From Chitinophagales bacterium (GTDB taxonomy: Bacteria > Bacteroidota > Bacteroidia > Chitinophagales > LD1): a stretch of 64,000 bases of DNA. Positions 9,149 to 18,353 of the stretch are shown here, one piece after another; position 1 is the first letter of the stretch, and every line of letters starts with the position of its first letter. The translations under genes and the position numbers were made by a program. The DNA lies in the NCBI GenBank assembly GCA_046329495.1, contig JAXLUO010000015.1, forward strand, positions 28,125 through 92,124. Direction: 5' to 3'. Below the pieces are notes generated by a model, which made no database searches, was not told where the DNA came from, and saw only the letters and a list, made by a program, of their open reading frames with translations.

Positions 9149-10810
9149 ACTCAATTATTTGTTGTCAATCTCAAATTAACGTGGTCGTCACGGGTGGCAG
9201 CTAACCCCCAAATGTATATTATTTTAATCGAAGGACTAATTTAATTTATTCAAATAACCAAATGATAACTAATAAAAATGAAAAGTTATATTTCGGCGGA
9301 AGTGAAAATCACTTATAAGAGAATTAACAAATTGAATATCACTCCAAAGGTTCGATAAGTCGATGCTTAGGCTACAAATTCCTCAAAATAGTTTCCATTA
9401 ACACAAGAATTGGTAAGAACACCAACCTACGGAGAAAGTCTTGAAGTAAGTCTATTAGTTCTTTTGCCTGTGCGACACTGCTACATTTTGTTGAACGTTT
9501 CATGTTATGAATATTTTGAGTTAATAAACCGGAGTGGCTAACCTCCTGTTTCCCATCAATGCTTCCATCTTTTGCATAAAGTATTTCTCTAGGTTGGACA
9601 CATAAGGAATATTCCATCAAGTCACATAACTATTTCAGTCATTTCTAAAACAGAACAATTTGTCGCAATCTTCAAACGAACACTTTTTAGGTCATTGACT
9701 TGTTTGCTGCAACTTGGACAAGCTACAACACTTTTCTTTTTGGTATACTCTCTTTTAGTCTTTGCATCGCTCACCGCAAACTTCAACCTTTATCTTGAAA
9801 AGGATAAATGTGTAATCTGCCGCTGAAGTGCAATAAGTAATTAAAAGGTGCCTCTGGATTTGTTACAGTGTTGATTAATTGAAAATTATCAGCTTGCTTC
9901 CTGTGACAGCATTTATTAGTTTAAGCATAGATAGAACGGATATTTGTTGCTCATAGCACCTTAGTAAGTCTGCTTTGTCTTTTACTTGGAAAACATTTTG
10001 AACAAACGACTTTTCGTCAAATGCTGTGCTGATTGGGAATAGAGGTTTCATTGTCACCGCTAATACCAAGCATTGTAAAATTTCATCGAATAAAACTTAC
10101 CTCTCTTTTCGCAATACTCCTACGTTGCCGTCTAAGGAGTTCCTGCCTTCGGATTTATCAAGAACTTCATCATCATTTGAGTAATTTGACCTTTTTAAAC
10201 TTAGTGTTTTGCTAAAAACGCAGCCCATACCTTGACAAAGTTGTTCTTCAATTTCAGCAGAATTTTGGGTGAGAAATATCGCTTAGCCAAAGCATGTAAT
10301 TGGAATAGAAAGCTAATAACTCTAATTTGCCATTATCATGCTTCACTTTTGCTTGCGTATGTTGCTCAGTTGCTGTCAGGCGAGAATGTCAAGTTGAAAA
10401 TGGTTTGTATTTCTTTTGAAAAAGCTGCTTGGCTTTTATTTTAAGGTAGCTAATGTAGTTGTTGTATTCGGCTGTTTACCGTCAGTAAAGAAAGTATTAA
10501 TTCCTTCGATTAAAAAATAGACAAGCATTATCTCTTTCTTTTGCTAAAAAGTCAATGGGCTTCGCCGTGTTTTGTATTTTGTCTATAGCAACTACCAATA
10601 TTTTACAGGAACAGCTGCTGAGGCATTATAAACGGTCGAGAATGAGCCCAATTGTGATTTTGAAAAGAACTAACTTCCTGAATACCACTCCAAAAGGTTT
10701 AGTCGTGCCTAAGGACATGCCCTTCCAACTTCATAGCTTTTTTAAACTCATAACACATCTTTGCTACAGGTGCTTTGCTGCGTTGCTCCTTTAGGATGAT
10801 AGCTGAAAGA

Positions 10811-11235
10811 CTATCTGTTTTTAAACCACTCCACAATAGCGGAGAAGAGCTTTTCCGCACGTCAGGCATATTCCCGTATAACTATCACATTGTTCTTCTC
10901 GAACTCCTCTCATCATCAAAGCTGCGTTCAAGTCCCTTTACACTCTCTCAGCACTTTTGCAGATCATTATGCCTGAATTTCCCGATGTTCCCTTTCTGTT
11001 CTGTCCGGATCCTCCGAGATAGATGGATAGCAACACCTCATAAGTATCCAGAGTGGCAATAGTGCCGGTATGGTCTATATGTTGTGCCAGGTTGAATAGT
11101 CATCGCCACCCACTAATTCAAGCTGATAATTTATTATCGTCTTTCGTAAAAGGATCGTGCGCTATACGTCCGCATTCCGTTTGGGTAGGTTTCAATGTCG
11201 TATATTTTGCTGATAAATAATTTCATTCGGCAAGA
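10811..11235 (-). pseudogene. Frameshifted, decayed paralog of the 8254-8847 gene
   Basis: Nucleotide similarity is visible by eye from the shared ctatctgtttttaaaccactccacaatagcgga onward. There are multiple indels and no long ORF on the minus strand. Confidence 0.8.
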
Positions 11236-11399
11236 GAGTTCCATAGTTCGCTTGTAAATGCCGCTCGAAATATGTCTAATTGTTTCCGATCCATTCTATA
11301 TTATTGCTGAGAGGCACGAATATATTCCAATTAGAAATGCTGTAGCGGCAATTTAGCAGGTAAGTTAACGGTAAAAATGGTTGACCTTTTATAAGGAGA

Positions 11400-12045
11400 A
11401 ATTCATGTTTAATATTTTTAAAGATCAAAGGTTGAAAGGATTGGGAGATCAGGCTCCTTTTAAATGTAATTGGTTCTTTGCCTATTAATACAGAATAAAC
11501 TAAAGGCCCAAGTTAATGATGGGTTGTTTCGCGGTGTGCTGACAAATGCCAGTGATATGAAGGCTACACTGCCTTTAAATTTAACAGTGGTATCTTTTAA
11601 AAAGCATATTGAAGACGTGCAGGCAAGGTCTATGTGCTTCAGGGTATAACAGTCTACGATACCCGACAATGTGTTTCTTCCCTACACGATTTATGTTTCG
11701 TCTGGTGTAATAAATGGATATTCTATTCAAGGGGCTTCTAAATTTAAAATAGACCTGATAGGTTTGATGTAACCAGATTTAGGCAGGTTTTCGATAAAAA
11801 TCCGGACTGGCAGGAAGTAGAGAACCTCCTAAATGATGAAGAAGACAACTGGTCAATCCCTCACTATGTTTACGCGGTTGAACTGGATTGGTAAGAGATA
11901 CTATCGTTTGCTTGATCTTGAAGATGGAGATTTTATTGGCTTGGACCAAAATGGGATGGCATACGAGATAAGGCATGATCCATTTGAGATTATCGAGATT
12001 CGTAACAAATCTCTTATTGAAATAATAAAGACCTATAAGGACTAA
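11400..12045 (+). pseudogene. Multi-frameshifted gene remnant. The C-terminal part weakly resembles SMI1/KNR4 (SUKH)-type immunity proteins.
   Basis: My translations give consecutive protein-like pieces in different frames: IQNKLKAQVNDGLFRGVLTNASDMKATLPLNL..., then FRQVFDKNPDWQEVENLLNDEEDNWSIPHYVYAVELDW, then IGKRYYRLLDLEDGDFIGLDQNGMAYEIRHDPFEIIEI... (the 70-aa ORF at 11833-12045). Confidence 0.4.
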
Positions 12046-12756
12046 TTTTTTCTGTCCTCCAGTATTTATTTTAATATAGTAACAATATGCGGTGGAGCAG
12101 GACATATGTGGTTTGTGGCATACTGTAGTGCTAATCGCAATCAGTTTTGGAGTCTGGCTTTTGCGCTCACACGACAATCGAACTGCTCTTGAAAGACCTT
12201 CTGTTACAACCATTGCAGAAGAGCCGATTGATAGCTCTCGAAATTTATCTGGAGTTTGACAAAAGCCGCTTGCGTGAGCCGGTAGCGCTTGGTGGACTCA
12301 ATGATGACAACAAGGCTCGCTCTGTATTCCCTGTGTTCTTCCGACCTGCAGAAGGCTCAGGACCGTAGCGAACCGTCCTTGCACAATCAACACAGGAGTT
12401 AAGGAAGGAATTGCTCCTCGCAGATCAAAATCAAGAATTTTCCGCTAATAGAAAAGCTTTGGCAAGCGTGCAGGCCGATTCTGCCATTTGGTTAGAAGAT
12501 ATGGATTGCAGCGCATAAGCGGTTCGCAAAATCGTTTTATAACGTTCACAGGCGCAGCACTGGCAACTATTACAGGTCTAAGCAGGAAAATTTTGACAAA
12601 CTGAAGGGCTTGCTAAAGATGTGCCGTTTTTTACAAAAGGCTACATTCCGTTCCTCAACTGCTGATCCCGGTGCAACATTCATTATTTCCTCTGCATCGG
12701 ATTCGGTGGTTGTTATGGATTCGTTTTATCTCAGTAAAGATGAGTTAACCCCATCC

Positions 12757-12808
12757 GGCGCAAGAATTGTAGCCGGGATATGGCATACTAAGCTTCTTGT
12801 GCCAAAGT
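12757..12808 (+). repeat. Left copy of an imperfect ~50-bp direct repeat (partner at 15293-15341)
   Basis: ggcgcaagaattgtagccgggatatggcatactaagcttcttgtgccaaagt versus ggcgcaagaactgtagccgggatatggtttagcttcttgtgccaaaagt. Confidence 0.8.
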
Positions 12809-12827
12809 GGCGATTTACCTCTTACTC

Positions 12828-14010
12828 TCACCTCAACTGCATCATCAAACCCGGAGGATAAGGCGTGCCCATATTTACAAAGGCCGACCAATGAGAAAGT
12901 TTCGCATCCTTTTGTTTAAACTTTAAAATAGCCTGCCGCAGGTTTTCGGCTGGAAAAGAATACTGTGGTAAAAGTTCATCGGTAAAAATATCCATCAAGT
13001 CTTTGCGTTGCCTCATCATCGAACGCTCCACAAACTCATTACTACGTTTTCCTGCATTTGCTTTAATAAAAGCCCTGCTTAAACCAATAATGCCTGCATC
13101 AAGCACCTTACCTAATCCGTTTTACAGGCACTTAAAATAACCAGAGCATTGTAAGAATGCCCGTGTCAAACTGAATTTCGTTGGCTTTTTCCAAAACCCG
13201 CAACTTTTTTCATCGCCGGCAAATACCAAATGGCTTTTGGTTAAGGGCGAATCCACATCCGCATGGCCATGTGTTGCCAGATAAATAAACTCTGAACTTT
13301 TCATCCGCTTCAGCACTTCTTCTTTAGTGGCGGCCTTTCCCAGCAAAGGAGTGGTGTTTAATTTGTCACTAACCAGCTTTGCCTCAATTTCAGCCCCCGG
13401 CAGTCGGCGATATAAATTCGAGCATTTGCTATAATCCAGGTTGCCCACCACCAGCGGTTTTCGGGGACAAAAGCAATTGGTTTTTTACGCTCTACGGCCT
13501 CCGTAAAGGTATAGGAGTTCCGGTTCATTATGGCTAAGCATTAACCGGCAGTAGTAAGCCGCCCGGTTCAAAAACTCGTCCAGCGAATGTCCAATGAAAT
13601 ACTCATTCTATCAACCAAATACCTGTCATCACTAAACGGTTGAAGGGCATACAAAGGAGTGATGAGATATTTAGCTCCGGTACAATAATCAAACTCTTTA
13701 CGTTTATTAATTGCTCCGAAATTTTTGGCGGAAAAATCAGTGAAATTTGCCGGGAATAAAAAGCAAAGAGGCCTAAAAAAGTGGTATCGGTATTTCTGCC
13801 CGTTGCTCCGCGCCGTTGGTCTTCAGCCAATAATGGCGTGGAGGATTCATATTGGAGACTGCTTTTAAGCTTGGCTTCCAAATCAACTAATTCCCCCGGC
13901 GATACTATGCTATAATCAGCGCTAACAATTCCTGATTTATTCAGCAGCCAACTGTAAAGCGTATCCTGCTGATGGTGATAAAACAGCAAATAGAGTTTCA
14001 GGGCTTTCAT
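12828..14010 (-). pseudogene. CHAT-domain (caspase-like) protease gene broken into three or more frames
   Basis: ORFs 13603-14010, 13122-13451 and 12828-13106 follow each other in CHAT order: (1) SLIIVPELNISSLL.MPFN, (2) VGNLDYS...LPGAEIEAKLV...LLGKAATKEEVLKRM...FIYLATHGH, (3) GIIGLSRAFIKANAGKRS...NLRQAILKFKQ...HWSAFVNMG. The expected catalytic Cys segment after the THGH His falls in a frameshifted stretch. The 64-aa signal-peptide ORF at 14054-14248 may be the original N-terminus. Confidence 0.7.
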
Positions 14011-14500
14011 CGTTTTAGTAGCTGTATTCCTGGCAGCGCAGCCTGCAGCTGCTTTAACTCAATCTTATCTCTGCCCCGGTACACGTAAAACCACGGGTGT
14101 TCATTAATATTTTAAAGCGCGATTGAAAGGAGCCTAACTGCGTATTTAAAAGAGCTTCGCCGTTCGTAGCAACCTGCGTAGCGCCAATAAAATGACAGCA
14201 GATAAATAAAAGTGTAAATATTCGCTTCATTATTTTTTGCGTTGCCATTGGTTTTTAATGGGTAAGCGTTTCTTGAGCCAAATCAAGCCCACAGAGGCCC
14301 GCTTCAATATGGCTTCAGGCGTTTAGTGGTAATAATAATACCAATTGCCCTGGTAGTTCACATCAAAATTTTCTTTGCTGTCAAGGTAAATAGCAAAACC
14401 ATCCCGTTTAAAATATCCAAACTCGTTGTAAGGGCTATAAGGTCAAAATATTTATCCGCCAAATTTTCCTCGTATCACTATCTACATATTGTTGTGCTGT

Positions 14501-15031
14501 TCAGTCGGTATACAAAAAGAAGGTTGTTGCCGAAAATCCTCTGGATATTTTCCATAGGTCCTTACAATTTAGCTCGACCTTCAATTGTTCTATCCTATCT
14601 TCTGTAACGCGTTCATTGGTTTCTTCTTTTGCTATTGGTTCAAATGCGCTATAGTAAATCCAGATATTAGTTGTGTCGTACTTTGGTTTTTCCGGCTTCC
14701 TCCACAAATCGAAGAACTGCCAATTTTTATTCAGCTTTTTTTCAATAATCACCTGGCGGAATCTTTCTGCAATTAACTGCTGCTTCCGGCTGTCGTAATT
14801 TACAATGCCGTTGTTTTCATTAAAGCTTTCTTTTTCGTGTTCGAACTCAAAAAAAACACCCAGTCGCGGCCTCGTACCTTTCTCAATGGTGTCGTACATA
14901 ATATTTATCGTCTTCACGCCGAATGTCTGGTCAATGTAGTCCGCAAGTGGCCTGAAGTCTGGATTCATAACTTCGTGGCCAAGCATAATTTGTTTCGTTT
15001 GCTGGTATTCTTTATCCGAGGAACTAATCAT
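14501..15031 (-). CDS. Hypothetical protein
   Basis: 176-aa ORF with no recognisable motifs, in the AT-rich island downstream of a small 2-TM ORF. Confidence 0.5.
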   Translation of the reverse strand: MISSSDKEYQQTKQIMLGHEVMNPDFRPLADYIDQTFGVKTINIMYDTIEKGTRPRLGVFFEFEHEKESFNENNGIVNYDSRKQQLIAERFRQVIIEKKLNKNWQFFDLWRKPEKPKYDTTNIWIYYSAFEPIAKEETNERVTEDRIEQLKVELNCKDLWKISRGFSATTFFLYTD

Positions 15032-15058
15032 TTGTTCAATAGTTTTATGAGAGCACTA

Positions 15059-15253
15059 TCAGTCACGGCCGCGAAAGTATGCCCCAAGCGAAACGATGGC
15101 ACCACCAAAGCACATACCGGTGCCAATTAAGCGAACAATGTCAACCCCACGCATGCTCGCCCAGGCTGAACTACTTATCATCGCTAAAAGACTCAGCACA
15201 CCAAAAAAGGTTAGGAGAAAGAAAATACGGGGAAGCCTGCGTTGATTACTCAT
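15059..15253 (-). CDS. Hypothetical small two-TM membrane protein
   Basis: 64 aa with two hydrophobic helices (IFFLLTFFGVLSLLAMI and GTGMCFGGAIVSLGAYF). It lies 27 bp upstream of the 14501-15031 ORF. Confidence 0.4.
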   Translation of the reverse strand: MSNQRRLPRIFFLLTFFGVLSLLAMISSSAWASMRGVDIVRLIGTGMCFGGAIVSLGAYFRGRD

Positions 15254-15292
15254 GGATTGCTTTTTTAATTGTTTTCAAGATTTTCCTGATAT

Positions 15293-15341
15293 GGCGCAAG
15301 AACTGTAGCCGGGATATGGTTTAGCTTCTTGTGCCAAAAGT
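15293..15341 (+). repeat. Right copy of the ~50-bp direct repeat, coinciding with the right edge of the AT-rich island
   Basis: See 12757-12808. Confidence 0.8.
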
Positions 15342-15375
15342 TTAGGGTTAAGCCACATATGCCTAATCGTTCTCG

Positions 15376-15972
15376 CTAACTTCCCACATCCCCTGTCTTT
15401 ACCTCACCGCTTTTTATATAGTGCGCTACAATTACACCGTTTGCAGCCACCACACTCGCAGCTAATCTATATGCCGCAGGCATACTGCCTGCATCAAACA
15501 GGCGCTTTCCGCTGCCTAAAATAATGGGGTGAATATTCAACCAAAACTCATCCACCAAATCATGCTTCAACAGCAGATGAACCAACTCACTGCTGCCCCA
15601 AATTTTAAGGTCACTGCCTTCACTGTCCTTCAATTTCTTTATGGCCTCCACATCAGGTAAAAAAACTGAAGGTTCCCAATCGCTATTGGTTCGGGTAGTG
15701 CTTAATACATACTTGGTAACCTCCATAATACCGGGCCACATATCGGCATGTTGTGGCCAGTAATTCTCCCAAATCTCAAAAGTCTTGCGACCCAATAGCA
15801 AGTCTGCAGGTTGCAATTGTTCCTGCATCGGTTGCTCCAGTGCCTTATCATCCATATAAGGCGCTACCCATCCACCAAATTTAAAGCCGTTCGAGGTGTC
15901 TTCACCTGTTCCTCCCGGTGCCTGTATCACCCCATCCAGGGTAATAAACTCATGCACAATTATCTTTCTCAT
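15376..15972 (-). CDS. Dihydrofolate reductase-family (RibD C-terminal domain) protein
   Basis: MRKIIVHEFITLDGVIQAPGG, LLLGRKTFEIW, KYVLSTT and IWGSSELVHLLLKHDLVDEFWLNIHPIILGSGKRLF are typical of RibD_C/YyaP-like proteins. I moved the start to the internal ATG at 15972, because the longer ORF overlaps the upstream gene. Confidence 0.8.
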   Translation of the reverse strand: MRKIIVHEFITLDGVIQAPGGTGEDTSNGFKFGGWVAPYMDDKALEQPMQEQLQPADLLLGRKTFEIWENYWPQHADMWPGIMEVTKYVLSTTRTNSDWEPSVFLPDVEAIKKLKDSEGSDLKIWGSSELVHLLLKHDLVDEFWLNIHPIILGSGKRLFDAGSMPAAYRLAASVVAANGVIVAHYIKSGEVKTGDVGS

Positions 15973-15982
15973 AGTTTTTGTT

Positions 15983-16354
15983 TTAGCATTCTTCCTTACG
16001 TAATATCTTCTCCATCTTTCGGCCCTTAGCCAATTCATCCACCAGTTTATCTAAGTAGCGAACCTGTTGTATTAAAGGGTCTTCAATTTCTTCTACGCGG
16101 TAGCCACAAATTACACCGGTAATCAGGCGTGCGTTCGCATGAAGTTTTGCCTGCTTAAAGAAGGTTTCAAAGTCTACCTTGGCAGCTATCAGTTCTTGCA
16201 ATTGCTCCTTCTTATATCCGGTAAGCCAGGTAATTACTTCCTGTAACTCATCTACTGTTCTGCCCTTTTTTTCAATCTTGGCAACATATAATGGATACAC
16301 CGAAGCGAATATCATTTTCGCCATTCGTACATGTAGTGTGTCAGAAGCTCTCAT
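15983..16354 (-). CDS. DUF2200-family protein
   Basis: IFASVYPLYVAKIEKKGRT..EL.EVITWLTGY, VDFETFF, GVICGYRVEEIEDPL and YLDKLVDELAKGRKMEKILR match the DUF2200 pattern as I remember it. The ORF-track start at 16384 is a TTG. ATG candidates are at 16354 and 16324. Confidence 0.75.
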   Translation of the reverse strand: MRASDTLHVRMAKMIFASVYPLYVAKIEKKGRTVDELQEVITWLTGYKKEQLQELIAAKVDFETFFKQAKLHANARLITGVICGYRVEEIEDPLIQQVRYLDKLVDELAKGRKMEKILRKEEC

Positions 16355-16480
16355 AGCTCGCTTTGTATGGTTCTGTTTTAACAAGATACAAAGATAAAGG
16401 CGATTGAAAAGATTTTCATGTTTCCTAACTTCGCCATTCGTTAAACCTTCTCGATTTTTTACCGGCAGAAATTCAAAAAA

Positions 16481-17224
16481 ATGGAATTCGATCCATCAAA
16501 TCCTATCATTCAGCTTTGTGTTCAGGGTTCCGAACGTGAAGCAAAAGGTGATATACCTACAGCAGGACAACTATATAAACAGGCCTGGGCACAGGCAACC
16601 ACCGACTTTGAAAAATTTACAGCAGCTTATTTTTTAGCTCGTCATCAAACTGCGATTGCTGATAAATTAAAGTGGTTCGAAACAGCTTTGGAATTTGCGC
16701 TAAAGCAGCAAGGCGTAGCAGTTACCAGCGCACTGCCATCATTGTATCAAAACATGGCTCACTGTTATCAGGCATTGCATGATCCGGATCAAGCGAATCA
16801 CTATAGGCGCTTAGCTTCCCTAATCGCCGATAGACCTACGGATACCGGGCCATTTTACCACGGCACTAAAGCAGATTTACAACCCGGAGAATTACTAACT
16901 GCAGGGTTTGGCTCGAACTATAAAGCCGATTTAACTATGAACCATATCTACTTCACGGCCTTGGTTAATGGTGCAGGCCTGGCAGCAGCACTTGCCAAGG
17001 GGCAGGGAAAAGAGCGGGTGTATATAGTAGAACCTGTAGGAAGTTTTGAGAACGACCCCAATGTTACCGACAAAAAATTCCCCGGCAATCCTACCCGTTC
17101 ATATCGCACACAGCATCCGCTGAAAATAACAGGTGAAGTTACCGATTGGCAACGCCTTTCTGCTGAACAACTACAAGCCTGGCGCACTAAACTGGCGAAG
17201 AACACAGGCGAGATAATTAATTAG
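16481..17224 (+). CDS. arr: NAD+-rifampin ADP-ribosyltransferase (Arr) domain protein with an N-terminal helical extension of about 110 aa
   Basis: The C-terminal ~135 aa (FYHGTKADLQPGELL...NHIYFTALVNGAGLAAALA...RVYIVEPVGSFENDPNVTDKKFPGNPTRSYRTQHPLKITGEVTDW) match the Arr family signature closely. The N-terminal part looks TPR-like and helical. Confidence 0.8.
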   Translation: MEFDPSNPIIQLCVQGSEREAKGDIPTAGQLYKQAWAQATTDFEKFTAAYFLARHQTAIADKLKWFETALEFALKQQGVAVTSALPSLYQNMAHCYQALHDPDQANHYRRLASLIADRPTDTGPFYHGTKADLQPGELLTAGFGSNYKADLTMNHIYFTALVNGAGLAAALAKGQGKERVYIVEPVGSFENDPNVTDKKFPGNPTRSYRTQHPLKITGEVTDWQRLSAEQLQAWRTKLAKNTGEIIN

Positions 17225-17225
17225 T

Positions 17226-17490
17226 TAAATGCTCTTAGTAGCAAAAAATAATCTGTGTTGATCTGTGCTGAACTTTGTATTGGCTGTTTAACCGGAAACA
17301 GTAAACCGAAGACTGTAAACTCTATATAACCTTTGTTTCTTCGCGCCTTAGTGGCAAAAAATAATCTGTGTTAATCTGTGCCAATCTGTGGTGAACTTTG
17401 TATTCGTCTATCTAACTGGAAACAGTAAACCGTAGACTGAAAACTATTTACCCCGCCTTGCTGGCACTAAATTTTCCATTTGAAACTTTC
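17226..17490 (+). repeat. Two tandem units of a dispersed modular intergenic repeat (other copies at 23913-24140 and a variant at 18088-18160)
   Basis: Unit structure: CTTAGTGGCAAAAAA box, then the word block aatctgtg x2-3, then the core aac(t/c)ggaaacagtaaaccgaagactgtaaactcta, then the linker tttcttcgcgc. Confidence 0.85.
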
Positions 17491-18076
17491 AACTACCTCC
17501 AAACTGCTTGGGCCGCTTTCCTTCTGCAGCCATGCTCGCAAGCTCTTCTACACGTTTCTGCCTTGTTTCTTCGCGCTTAGCCAATGCCAACCATTGCAGC
17601 ATCATCTTCTTAACTGATTTGCTTAGCCCGTCAAAATATAGTTTAGCGCCCTTGTGTCGTTTAAAAGCCTGTTCAAGGTCCTTGGGCACTTCCAGTTCTT
17701 CCACGGCATTTAATACATCCCACGATCCATTGCCCTTTGCAATATCGATACAAACCAAACCTGCGGGCCGCATCTTGCCGGCGGCTATCAGTTGTTCTAC
17801 CTTGGCCTTATTAATTTTCGACCACGTGCTCTTCGGTTTCCGTTTACTAAAAAACTGTATCGACCGCTCCTCATCCAGTTTGCGTTTAATACTGTCTATC
17901 CAGCCAAAACACAAGGCTTCATCTACAGCTTCGCTCCAGGTGATACCGGGCTGCCCGGCGCTCTTTTTATAGAATACTACCCATACGGCATCTTCGCGTT
18001 CATGGTTCTTCTCCAACCACTTGCGCCACTCCTTTGCCGACTTCGGGTAAAAGTGCTTTGCATCATTTATAGCCAT
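17489..18076 (-). CDS. YdeI/OmpD-associated family protein
   Basis: EWRKWLEKNH...VWVVFYKK, WSEAVDEALCFGWIDS, FSKRKPKSTWSKIN, AAGKMRPAGL and the C-terminal ETRQKRVEE are characteristic of the YdeI/DUF1801-like family. Confidence 0.8.
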   Translation of the reverse strand: MAINDAKHFYPKSAKEWRKWLEKNHEREDAVWVVFYKKSAGQPGITWSEAVDEALCFGWIDSIKRKLDEERSIQFFSKRKPKSTWSKINKAKVEQLIAAGKMRPAGLVCIDIAKGNGSWDVLNAVEELEVPKDLEQAFKRHKGAKLYFDGLSKSVKKMMLQWLALAKREETRQKRVEELASMAAEGKRPKQFGGS

Positions 18077-18353
18077 ATGCTAATGTGATAAAAGGCTTGA
18101 AACTTTAAATTTTAAACTTACGCCCAACTGTAAACGGCAAACCGAAGGCCGGGATTTTAACATGGTCTTTTGTAGCGATTACCCTTATTGCGCTGTATTA
18201 AATAGCAAACAGTGTGCGCTTTAAAATATACATAAGTAAGATTCATCGCTTAGATGAATGATAGCTTAACATTTTAGCTGGTTTTAAACTTGACATTTAA
18301 TAGGAATCCGTTTTTATTGCTTATATATTCGCGATGGACTCAAAAATAGGTAA

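Noticed and set aside
9160-10810. Short ORFs (60-95 aa) on both strands in the AT-rich island, including a 54-aa frame with a C..C pair (KKKSVVACPSCSKQVNDLK)
   Set aside because: They have no consistent strand or frame and mostly non-ATG starts. The amino-acid composition looks random and no motifs are present. I treat them as decayed sequence rather than genes, although a small zinc-ribbon remnant at about 9640-9790 (minus strand) cannot be excluded.
17226-17490. Tandem repeats considered as a possible CRISPR array, together with 53257-53530
   Set aside because: There are only two units each. The units are 110-140 bp long and directly abutting, without unique spacers, and no cas genes are in the window.
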